Below the pieces are notes generated by a model, which did no database searches, was not told where the DNA came from, and saw only the letters and a program-made list of their open reading frames with translations. From an uncultured Gammaproteobacteria bacterium (lineage in GTDB: Bacteria; Pseudomonadota; Gammaproteobacteria; Steroidobacterales; Rariloculaceae): a stretch of DNA of 45,446 bases. The stretch's first letter is position 1. Every line of letters begins with the position of its first letter. The stretch lies in NCBI GenBank assembly GCA_964553875.1, contig CAZKNH010000007.1:1-45446 (forward strand). Direction: 5' to 3'. Both the position numbers and the translations under genes were made by a program. Positions 28,496-38,040 of the stretch are shown piece by piece.

Positions 28496-29359
28496 TCAGA
28501 AGATCGAGTTCAGGAAGAAGCGAATGCCTTCGCTTTGTTGCGAGAACCGGTATCCGACGCCGACGGCCTCGAATTTGAACCACAGCAGCTTGAAGCGGCC
28601 TTCTCGTCTCGCGGCGAGGCCGACCTGCCACTCCGTCGCGGTATGGTCGAAATGCTCTTCACCGAACGCGATCTCCGACGGCGGCCGGTAATACCAGTCG
28701 GCGAGGACGTGCGGCTTCAAATGCATCGTCCGTCCTCTGAACTGCCAGCGCCGCACGGGAATGTCGAACTCGATGCCCTGTGACAGCCGGAGGAGCGATT
28801 GACGCCGCTCCTCCTCGGGGACGAGGCCCGCCCACAGCAGGCCGTTGATCAGCGCCGGTTGCCCGGGCGCGTCGGGCCAGGCGAAGCGGCTCCTGATGCC
28901 GACCGCGTAGAACCGCGCAGACGCCTCCACGCTCTCGAGCTCGGTCCCCCACCCTGCTTGGGCGCGTACCCGTAACGTGACGCGCTCGCCCGGGAACTCG
29001 AGCTCGACGCCGGGCATGATCGCCGCGTACTCGACTTCGTCGCTCGGCCGATCCGGCGGCAAGTCCACGTCGTCGAGATTCTGCACGCCGACGGCGATCG
29101 GCAACACGATGCGAACGCCGAAGTTCGATCCCCACCGCACGGCCGCATCGCGGAGCCTGATGGACGGAGAAATGCGCAGCGTTCGCGCCTCGGTTCCATC
29201 CGTCAGGCGGTACTTACCGGTTCCGAACGCAAGGGCATACCCCCAGTGGAACGGCTCGTCGTCGCCCGGCTCCTGCGCTGATAGCGGCACGAGCGGCATC
29301 ACGAACGCGACCACGAACGCAACGGTGCTCGACGCGCGCCGCGCCCGATCGGCTCGCAT
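28496..29359 (-). CDS. Hypothetical exported protein, probable outer-membrane beta-barrel
   Basis: RBS GAGGAGG, signal peptide (LSA-QE), aromatic-rich beta-strands, C-terminal FFLNSIF beta-signal. Confidence 0.75.
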   Translation of the reverse strand: MRADRARRASSTVAFVVAFVMPLVPLSAQEPGDDEPFHWGYALAFGTGKYRLTDGTEARTLRISPSIRLRDAAVRWGSNFGVRIVLPIAVGVQNLDDVDLPPDRPSDEVEYAAIMPGVELEFPGERVTLRVRAQAGWGTELESVEASARFYAVGIRSRFAWPDAPGQPALINGLLWAGLVPEEERRQSLLRLSQGIEFDIPVRRWQFRGRTMHLKPHVLADWYYRPPSEIAFGEEHFDHTATEWQVGLAARREGRFKLLWFKFEAVGVGYRFSQQSEGIRFFLNSIF

Positions 29360-29477
29360 TGTTCCTCCTCGCGATGGGCCGATGAGCGATGGAGATGCAG
29401 CCTTCGGGCCAGACGGGGGCCTTGCGTCCGATGTCGACCGCCCGGTTTTCGACTAGACTGCCGCCCTTTACGGAAGC

Positions 29478-29510
29478 ACGACACCGACTCCGGAACGACA
29501 CCGACTCCGG
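29478..29510. repeat. Direct tandem repeat ACGACACCGACTCCGG x2 (17-bp period)
   Basis: Seen directly at 29478-29493 and 29495-29510. Confidence 0.8.
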
Positions 29511-29601
29511 CGGCCGTCCCCGGCGAGCAAGCAGCGAGGGATGCGGCGGCGCACGACGCCGGTGACGTGCCTCTTCGCATCGGCACTCGGCCCGAAATGG
29601 A

Positions 29602-31038
29602 ATGAGCAGCGATCTTTCATTCGAACCTTCTTCGCGTCCCGCCACGGGCCGTTGGCGCAACGGCTGGTCGCTGCTCCGCGCCTCCCTCGCCGGAGGGGAA
29701 CGCGACTACACGCAGGGCCACATCGGCCGTGCGGTCGTGCTGCTCGCGATCCCGATGATGCTCGAGATGGCGATGGAGTCGATCTTCGCGATCGTCGACA
29801 TCTTCTTCGTCGCGCGTCTCGGCGCGGCGGCCGTCGCTGCGGTCGGGCTGACCGAGGCCGTGCTGACGCTCCTCTACGCGTTCGCGGTCGGCTTGAGCCT
29901 CGGCGTGACGGCGCTCGTCGCACGCCGGATCGGCGAGCGCGATCCCGAAGCTGCGGCGACGACGGCCGGCCAGACGATCTGGCTCGGGCTCGCGACGAGC
30001 GCGATCGTCGGCGGCGTCGGCATCGCGTACGCGCCGGAGCTCCTCGCCTTGATGGGCGCGGCATCGGACGTCGTGACCGACGGCGCAGGCTACATGGCGT
30101 GGATGCTCGGCGGCTCCGCGACGATCCTCCTCCTCTTTCTCGTGACCGCGATCTTTCGCGGCGCGGGCAATGCCGCGATCGCGCTCCGCATCCTCGTCGT
30201 CGCAAACGCGATCAACATCGTCCTCGACCCGTGCCTGATCTTCGGGCTCGGTCCGTTCCCCGAGCTCGGCGTGACCGGCGCCGCGGTCGCGACGAACATC
30301 GGCCGCGGGATCGGCGCCCTCTACGGCTTCTACCTCCTCGCTGCGGGCCAGGGCCGCTTCCCGCTCAGGTTCCGCCACCTCACGCTGGTGCCGCGCGTGA
30401 TGCTCCGCCTGCTCCGCGTGTCCGCGGGCGGCGTCTTCCAGATGATCATCGCGACGTCGAGCTACATCGTGCTGATGCGGATCATCGCGGACTACGGCAG
30501 CACCGCCGTCGCGGGCTACACGATCGCGCTCCGCATCGTGCTCTTCACGCTGATGCCGAGCTGGGGGCTGTCGAACGCGACCGCAACGCTAGTCGGCCAG
30601 AACCTGGGCGCGGCGCAGCCCGACCGGGCGGAGCGCTCCGTCTGGTGGGCGGCGCGCTGCAACCTTCTTTTCCTCGTCGGCATCGCGATCGTGTTCGTCG
30701 CGCTCGCGCGGCCGATCGTCGGTCTTTTCACGGACGATCCCGAGGTGCTCGACTACGGCGCCGCATGCCTGCGCATCGTGAGCTACGGATACGGCTTCTA
30801 CGCGCTCGGCATGATCGTCGTTCAGGCGTTCAACGGCGCCGGCGACACGGATACGCCGACCTGGGTCAATTTCGTGTTCTTCTGGCTCCTGCAGCTTCCG
30901 CTCGCGTACGCGCTCGCGCACACGGCCGAGATGGGGCCGCACGGCGTCTTCTGGGCGATCGCGATCGCGGAGTCCCTGATGGCCGTCGCGAGCGTTGCGC
31001 TGTTCCGCCTCGGCCGCTGGAAGCAGAAGGTCGTCTGA
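29602..31038 (+). CDS. MATE family efflux transporter
   Basis: LAIPMMLEM, VDIFFV.RLG..AVAAVG, FRGAG, NIVLDP.LIFG.GP.PELG..GAA.AT, LVGQNLGA, GAGDT. Confidence 0.95.
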   Translation: MSSDLSFEPSSRPATGRWRNGWSLLRASLAGGERDYTQGHIGRAVVLLAIPMMLEMAMESIFAIVDIFFVARLGAAAVAAVGLTEAVLTLLYAFAVGLSLGVTALVARRIGERDPEAAATTAGQTIWLGLATSAIVGGVGIAYAPELLALMGAASDVVTDGAGYMAWMLGGSATILLLFLVTAIFRGAGNAAIALRILVVANAINIVLDPCLIFGLGPFPELGVTGAAVATNIGRGIGALYGFYLLAAGQGRFPLRFRHLTLVPRVMLRLLRVSAGGVFQMIIATSSYIVLMRIIADYGSTAVAGYTIALRIVLFTLMPSWGLSNATATLVGQNLGAAQPDRAERSVWWAARCNLLFLVGIAIVFVALARPIVGLFTDDPEVLDYGAACLRIVSYGYGFYALGMIVVQAFNGAGDTDTPTWVNFVFFWLLQLPLAYALAHTAEMGPHGVFWAIAIAESLMAVASVALFRLGRWKQKVV

Positions 31039-31040
31039 CC

Positions 31041-31063
31041 GCCCGCGCCGGGGCGGCGCGGGC
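31041..31063 (+). terminator. GC-rich hairpin after the MATE gene
   Basis: GCCCGCGCCG-GGG-CGGCGCGGGC; no adjacent U-tract. Confidence 0.35.
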
Positions 31064-31072
31064 TCGAGCGTT

Positions 31073-31088
31073 TGGCACAAGACTTGCT
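31073..31088 (+). promoter_or_regulatory. sigma54 (-24/-12) promoter of the dodecin gene
   Basis: TGGCAC-AAGAC-TTGCT is an exact match to TGGCAC-N5-TTGCW, 40 bp upstream of the ATG. Confidence 0.75.
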
Positions 31089-31128
31089 CCGGACGCTGGC
31101 GACAGCGATTCGAACAAAGGAGTCCGCC

Positions 31129-31332
31129 ATGGCCATCGCGAAGGTCATCGAGCTTTCGTCGGCATCCCCGGAGAGCTTCGAGGATGCGATCCGTAAAGGT
31201 CTCGAGCGCGCAGCAAAGACCGTCGAGAACATCCAGGGTATCTGGGTCAACGAGCAGCACGTGAAGGTCGACAACAACAAGATCACCGAGTGGCGCGTGA
31301 ACATGAAGGTCACCTTCGTGCTGAACGACTGA
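31129..31332 (+). CDS. Dodecin family protein
   Basis: MAIAKVIEL...S..SFEDAI..GL.RA.KT..NI...WV...EWRVNMKVTF; RBS AAGGAG. Confidence 0.93.
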   Translation: MAIAKVIELSSASPESFEDAIRKGLERAAKTVENIQGIWVNEQHVKVDNNKITEWRVNMKVTFVLND

Positions 31333-31341
31333 GCGCAGCGA

Positions 31342-31385
31342 CGGCACCGGCGGGTTCACACGGGTCTCGAGCCCGCCGGCTGCCG
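31342..31385 (+). terminator. Stem-loop after the dodecin gene
   Basis: CGGCACCGGCGGGTTC...GAGCCCGCCGGCTGCCG imperfect inverted repeat. Confidence 0.45.
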
Positions 31386-31447
31386 CCTCTTCCGGTCGTC
31401 CCGTTTTCGGCTAGAATCGGGCCGGGGGTATTGCAGAGCTTTCGGCG

Positions 31448-32413
31448 ATTCTAAAGACATATTCGACAAAGGACGCTCCGCACGTCGCGAAGGCCGCATA
31501 CTGGAAAGAGCTGCTGACGAAGTACGTCACGCCGCTCGAGTTCACGCCGAGCGAGACGTTGCGCTTCGATGCGCAGTTTCGCGTCGACTCGATCGGTCCA
31601 TTGTCGATCCGTAGGACGGTCTCGATGCCGGCCCGGATCGACGTCACGGAGCAGCACGTCGCAGGCGTCGTGGAGCAGCGCTTCTTTCTGGTCATGCCGG
31701 TCGAAGGCCGCGTGCGTTTCGTGCACTACGGCCGCGAGGACGAGCTCGAGCCGGGTGATTTCGTTCTGTTCGATGGGATCGCGACGGGAAGGCTCGAGTT
31801 CGACGAGCCGAATACGTCCCTTCATCTCGTGCTGTCGCCGAACGAGCTCCGTACGCGGCTGCCGAATCCCGAGAACGTCTGCGGCCTCAAGGTGTCGAGG
31901 GACGGGGACTTCGGCCCCGTCGTGCGCAGTATCCTCGAGGACGTCTGGCGTCAGGTCGAGCGCGGCTTCGCCCAGGAGCACGGACCGACGATCGCGAAGA
32001 ACATGCTCGACGTGATCGCGACCGCGTACTCGCTGCAGCACGGCAAGCGGTTCAGCGAGTCCGCGTCGGTCGCCGAGCGCCGCGCCCACATCAAGCGCTT
32101 CATCGAGGCGCGGCTGCGCGACCCGAACCTGAGCGCATCCTTCGTCGCCGACTATTTCGGCGTGTCGACGCGATACGTCAGCATGCTGTTCGAGAAGGAA
32201 TACGAGCCGGTGTCGGCCTACATCCAGCGGCGCCGCCTCGAGGAGTGCGCCCATCAGCTCGCGAGCCCGGAGTGGCAGACCTTCAGCGTGACCGAGATCG
32301 CGCGAGCGTGGCGCTTCGTGAACCGGGCGCACTTCTCGCGAGTTTTCAAGAAGCACTTCGGCGTGAGCCCGACGGAGTATCGCCGGCTTCGCCGCGCACG
32401 AGGGCCGGATTGA
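31448..32413 (+). CDS. AraC family transcriptional regulator (FeaR-like); start codon uncertain
   Basis: C-terminal double helix-turn-helix (L.DPNLS...VA..FGVS.RY, RRLEE, SVTEIA..W.F...HFSRVFK..FG.SP.EYR). The N-terminal YST.D.P...K..YW motif lies upstream of the first canonical start (TTG 31559). Confidence 0.85.
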   Translation: MLKTYSTKDAPHVAKAAYWKELLTKYVTPLEFTPSETLRFDAQFRVDSIGPLSIRRTVSMPARIDVTEQHVAGVVEQRFFLVMPVEGRVRFVHYGREDELEPGDFVLFDGIATGRLEFDEPNTSLHLVLSPNELRTRLPNPENVCGLKVSRDGDFGPVVRSILEDVWRQVERGFAQEHGPTIAKNMLDVIATAYSLQHGKRFSESASVAERRAHIKRFIEARLRDPNLSASFVADYFGVSTRYVSMLFEKEYEPVSAYIQRRRLEECAHQLASPEWQTFSVTEIARAWRFVNRAHFSRVFKKHFGVSPTEYRRLRRARGPD

Positions 32414-32505
32414 CATCGGCCCGCTACGACGACACGAGAAGGAAGAAAGACAACGACACCTGCGCGCACCGCTTCCGGCCGCGCATCCTTGCCATGGAGA
32501 GAACG

Positions 32506-34248
32506 ATGACCCGTCCCTACTTCGCCGCCTGGCTGATCGCCGCCGCGGCGCCTTGCGCCGTCTTCGCCCAGACGACCGACGAGTTCGTGCCGGTCACGGA
32601 CGAGATGCTGCAGAACCCGGATCCCGCCGACTGGCTGATGTGGCGGCGCACGCTCGACAACTGGGGCTACAGCCCGCTCGATCAGATCAATCGCGACAAC
32701 GTGCGTGAGCTGCAGCTCGCATGGTCGCGCAGGCTCGCGGACGGCGACCAGGAAGGCACGGCCCTCGTGTACGACGGCGTGATGTACTTCCCGAACCCGT
32801 TCGACATCACGCAGGCGATCGACGCCGTGACCGGCGATCTGATCTGGGAGTATCGGCGGCGCGTGCCCGACGACGTCGGCGAGTACTTTCCCGCGCCCGG
32901 CACGAACCGCAACATCGCGATCTACGACACGCTGATTCTCGACAACGGCGCCGACGGCTACGCCTATGCGATCGACGCGCGAACCGGGCAGCTCGTATGG
33001 GAGAGCCTGATCCTCGACTATCGCATGGGCGCGAAGAACAGCTCGGGTCCGATCGTCGTGAACGGCAAGGTCATCTCGGGCCGAAGCTGTGAGCCCGAGG
33101 GCGGCCCGGAGGCGTGCGTGGTCACCGCGTTCGACGCGAAGACCGGCAGGGAGCTCTGGCGCACGCGCACGATCCCGAAGCCCGGCGAGCCCGGCGACGA
33201 GACCTGGGGCGGCGTGCCGTACGAGGAGCGCGTGCATGTCGGCATGTGGATGGTGCCGAGCTTCGATCCGGAGCTGAACCGCATCTACGTCGGCACGTCG
33301 GTCACCGCGCCGGCGCCGAAGTTCATGCTCGGCGGCAACGACGAGCAGTACCTCTATCACAACTCGACGCTTGCGCTCGACGCCGACACCGGCGAGATCG
33401 TCTGGTACTTCCAGCACGTGGTCGATCACTGGGATCTCGATCATCCGTTCGAGCGGCTCCTGATCGAGACCGAGGTCGCGCCCGATCCGGACTCTGTCCG
33501 CTGGATCAGCCCGCGTGTGCGCCCCGGCGAGCGGCGCAAGGTCATTACCGGTATCCCCGGTAAGCCGGGGCTCGTCTACACGCTCGACCGCGAGACGGGC
33601 GAGTTCCTGTGGGCGCGCGAGACGATCGAGCAGAACGTGATCGCGGACATCAACGTCGAGTCCGGCGCGTCCACCGTGAACCCCGAGACGATCTTCACCG
33701 CGCCGGGACAGGAGAAGCTGATCTGCCCGAGCACGAACGGCGGCAAGAACTATCCTTCCGGCACGTACAGCCCGCTGACGGGCCTGATGTACTTCCCGCT
33801 GCAGAACACGTGCATGCGATCGGTGTCGATGACCGACGAGGACAGCATCGAGTCGCTCTACGCGATCAGCAACCGCGTCATCATCACGCCGGGTCAGGAG
33901 AACGTCGGCACGATCGAGGCGATCTCCGTATCGACGGGCAAGACCGCGTGGAAGCACGAGCAGCGCGCCGGCACGCTGTCGTTGATGTCGACGGCAGGCG
34001 GGCTTCTCTTCGGCGGCGACGTCGCCGGGCGCTTCCGTGCGTACGATCAGGAAACCGGCGAGATCCTGTGGGAGGTGAACCTCGGCGCGCCGGTCAACGG
34101 TTATCCGATCACGTACGCCGTCGACGGCAAGCAGTACGTCGCCGTCAGCACGGGCGGCTCCGGCCTCGCGTTCGGCCTCGCGCGGCTCGCACCCGAGATC
34201 CGGCCGGGCACGGGCAATCAGCTCTACGTCTTCAAGCTGCCGGACTGA
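32506..34248 (+). CDS. PQQ-binding beta-propeller dehydrogenase (periplasmic, divergent)
   Basis: Signal peptide, W...R....GYSPL.QI...NV, repeated A.D..TG...W tryptophan-docking motifs, WYFQH...WD.D, C-terminal PITY..DGKQYVAV. Confidence 0.92.
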   Translation: MTRPYFAAWLIAAAAPCAVFAQTTDEFVPVTDEMLQNPDPADWLMWRRTLDNWGYSPLDQINRDNVRELQLAWSRRLADGDQEGTALVYDGVMYFPNPFDITQAIDAVTGDLIWEYRRRVPDDVGEYFPAPGTNRNIAIYDTLILDNGADGYAYAIDARTGQLVWESLILDYRMGAKNSSGPIVVNGKVISGRSCEPEGGPEACVVTAFDAKTGRELWRTRTIPKPGEPGDETWGGVPYEERVHVGMWMVPSFDPELNRIYVGTSVTAPAPKFMLGGNDEQYLYHNSTLALDADTGEIVWYFQHVVDHWDLDHPFERLLIETEVAPDPDSVRWISPRVRPGERRKVITGIPGKPGLVYTLDRETGEFLWARETIEQNVIADINVESGASTVNPETIFTAPGQEKLICPSTNGGKNYPSGTYSPLTGLMYFPLQNTCMRSVSMTDEDSIESLYAISNRVIITPGQENVGTIEAISVSTGKTAWKHEQRAGTLSLMSTAGGLLFGGDVAGRFRAYDQETGEILWEVNLGAPVNGYPITYAVDGKQYVAVSTGGSGLAFGLARLAPEIRPGTGNQLYVFKLPD

Positions 34249-34272
34249 GGCGCCCGTCCCGGGCTTCGCTCC

Positions 34273-34334
34273 GCCGTTCGACCGACGGCCCGGCCGGTCG
34301 AACGGCCGAAGGCCGGGCCATTTGCCCGGCCTTC
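34273..34334. terminator. Twin hairpins between convergent PQQ dehydrogenase and degQ genes
   Basis: GCCGTTCGACCG-N10-CGGTCGAACGGC followed by GAAGGCCGGGC-CATTT-GCCCGGCCTTC. Confidence 0.55.
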
Positions 34335-34353
34335 CGTTCGGCGGCACGAATCG

Positions 34354-35760
<1,407 letters not shown>

Positions 35761-35820
35761 GATCGCTGTCCTCTATTGCCGTGCGGATAGCGAGAGATTT
35801 ATGAGGGGAGCGGCGGGATT

Positions 35821-36498
35821 TCAAGACTGGGCAGTGCGAGAGCCGTCCGACTCGGGCCCCGCATCGCGCATCCTGAACCGGCATGTGCGCCCGCCGCGGA
35901 CCATGCACTCGACGTGCTCGATCTCGGTCCCGAGCAGCGCGCCGAGCAGCGCGAGATCAAGACGGCACACCTCCGGATGCTCCGCGGCGAGATCGTGGTA
36001 GACGCAGTTGCGCGCGTCGATCTCGGGCCGCCCGTCGACGCTCGCCGCGCGCGCCGCGTAGCCGAGCTCGTTCATCAGGGCCGCGACGATCCGCATGCGC
36101 TGGGCGTCGTCGGCCGCGCCGTCGAGGCGGTGCGCATAGCGCTTCGCGAGGTCCGTGCCGAGCTCCGTGAGCACGCGCACGAGCCCGTCGGCGCCGAGCG
36201 ACTGCTTCATGCCGCGGATCATGAGCTCGGAGAAGAACGCGTACTGCTTCGGAAAGAGATGAACGCCCTTGTTCGTCAGGCGCCACGCGTAGCCCGGCCG
36301 TCCGCCCTGAGACGGCCGCATCAGTTTCTCGAGGTAGCCGTCGCGCTCGAGAGCGCTCAGGTGCTGATGCACGGCGCTCCGCGAGATGCCGAGCGACTCG
36401 GCGAGCTCGTCGGCGCTCCGGCCCTCCTTCCATTCGAGGAGCGACGTCAACAGCGCCCGCTGCCGCGCACCCAGCGCTTCGATCGTCGGGATGTGCAT
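35821..36498 (-). CDS. SufR-like helix-turn-helix regulator with C-terminal Cys cluster
   Basis: ELA..LGIS..AV.QHL..LE.DG...GRP...W.LT..G...FP..Y; C-x12-C-x19-C-x7-C. Confidence 0.82.
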   Translation of the reverse strand: MHIPTIEALGARQRALLTSLLEWKEGRSADELAESLGISRSAVHQHLSALERDGYLEKLMRPSQGGRPGYAWRLTNKGVHLFPKQYAFFSELMIRGMKQSLGADGLVRVLTELGTDLAKRYAHRLDGAADDAQRMRIVAALMNELGYAARAASVDGRPEIDARNCVYHDLAAEHPEVCRLDLALLGALLGTEIEHVECMVRGGRTCRFRMRDAGPESDGSRTAQS

Positions 36499-36644
36499 GC
36501 CGCTGATTATCCGCCGTGTTGGGCAATAAGCAACTTTGTCAATTTTTTTCTATACGAAGTAGAACCTTCGGCGCCGGTGCCGGCACTCATGACGTGGCGC
36601 TCAGTGCGCAGATCGAACCCATCACCCGCTTGGAGAGATCCGCC

Positions 36645-38015
36645 ATGGCCAAAACCGTCCGAATCCGCCGCCGCACCGCGCTCGTCTTCGTCGCCGCGTG
36701 CCTCGCCGCTACCGCCGCCGAATCCCAGCGCCCAATGGGCGACTGGCCGCCGCACGCAGCGGAGCGCCGCGGTCCCCCGGACTTCGCGTCGCCTCGCTTC
36801 GCGCGGAGCGACGACATGAACATCCTGCTCGAAGCATGGGCCACGCTCGAGCAAGGCCGGCGCACGTTCCGCTACGACAACTTCGGGAACGAGGTCTTCT
36901 GGGGCGACCGGCTGAGGCTCCACGAGGCGATTGCCGGCGCCCCAAACGGCGGCGTCGGGCCGGGCGTCAGCCCCGCTGCAGCGCTCGAGCTCGGGCTCAA
37001 GGTCGACGTCGAGGCACTGCCCGACTCGCTCGTACGGGACCTGCGCCGCGGCAGGGTCGATCTCGACGACCCCGCAGTCACGGTCGCGCTCTTGTCGCTC
37101 GACGCGGTCGTCGGCGTGCGCGGCTTCGTCGAGGAGGGGCGCCTCACGTCGATCGGCATCACGTGCGCCCTCTGCCACAGCACGGTCGACGACTCGTTCG
37201 GACCCGGGATCGGCCGCCGGCTCGACGGGTGGGCGAACCGCGACCTCGACGTCGGCAAGATCATCGCGGCCGCGCCGAGCCTCGACCCGTTCGTGCAGCT
37301 GCTCGGCCTCGACGCCGACTCGATCCGCGCGGCGCTCGAGAGCTGGGGCCCCGGCAAGTTCGACGCGCACTTGATCCTCGACGGGAAGTCTCAGCCGGTG
37401 CTGATTCCGCCCGCATTCGGACTCGCCGGCGTCAACCTGCACACTTCGCTCGGCTGGGGCTCGGTGACGCACTGGAACGCGTTCGTGGCGGTCCTCGAGA
37501 TGCAGGGGCAAGGCACGTTCTACGATCCGCGGCTGAACGATCCGACGCAGTATCCGGTCGCCGCGCGGAACGGATTATTCGAAGTCCGGCCGGACGAGGA
37601 TCTCGTGACGTCGAAGCTCGGACCGCTCCACCTCTACCAGCTCGCGATCTCGGCGCCGCGGCCGCCGAAGGGATCGTTCGATCGCGCGGCCGCAAAGCGC
37701 GGCGAAGCGATCTTCAACGACAAGGCGCGCTGTGCGCAGTGTCACGTTCCGCCGCTCTTCACGGAGCCCGGCTGGAACATGCATCGCTTTGACGAGATCG
37801 GCATCGACCGCTCGCATGCGGAGCGCGGCCCCGAGCAGGAGTACTACCGGACGACGCCGCTCTCCGGCCTCTGGACGCACACGCGCGGCGGTTTCTATCA
37901 CGACGGACGCTTCGCGACGCTCGAAGACGTCGTCGCGCACTATGACGGCGTCTTCGGCCTCGGGCTTTCGTCCGCGGAGAAGGCGGACCTGATCGAGTAC
38001 CTCAAGTCGCTGTAG
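36645..38015 (+). CDS. Exported diheme c-type cytochrome, bCcP/MauG/RoxA superfamily-like
   Basis: CALCH and CAQCH heme motifs; RG..IF...A.C..CH and YRT.PL.GLW...FYHDGRF.TL..VV.HY; Arg-rich signal peptide; RBS GGAG. Confidence 0.85.
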   Translation: MAKTVRIRRRTALVFVAACLAATAAESQRPMGDWPPHAAERRGPPDFASPRFARSDDMNILLEAWATLEQGRRTFRYDNFGNEVFWGDRLRLHEAIAGAPNGGVGPGVSPAAALELGLKVDVEALPDSLVRDLRRGRVDLDDPAVTVALLSLDAVVGVRGFVEEGRLTSIGITCALCHSTVDDSFGPGIGRRLDGWANRDLDVGKIIAAAPSLDPFVQLLGLDADSIRAALESWGPGKFDAHLILDGKSQPVLIPPAFGLAGVNLHTSLGWGSVTHWNAFVAVLEMQGQGTFYDPRLNDPTQYPVAARNGLFEVRPDEDLVTSKLGPLHLYQLAISAPRPPKGSFDRAAAKRGEAIFNDKARCAQCHVPPLFTEPGWNMHRFDEIGIDRSHAERGPEQEYYRTTPLSGLWTHTRGGFYHDGRFATLEDVVAHYDGVFGLGLSSAEKADLIEYLKSL

Positions 38016-38040
38016 CGGACGACGCGGCCTCGAGCGGCGG

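Noticed and set aside
27951-28691. 246-aa ORF as a functional response regulator
   Set aside because: It is a chimera of a barrel pseudogene piece, out-of-frame sequence, a half receiver domain and antisense read-through into the next gene.
26718-29530. Prophage or IS element
   Set aside because: No integrase, transposase, terminal inverted repeats or phage genes were recognised.
32429-32459. ACGACAC direct repeat as an AraC binding site upstream of the PQQ gene
   Set aside because: Only 7 bp with 24-bp spacing; too weak to call in GC-rich DNA.
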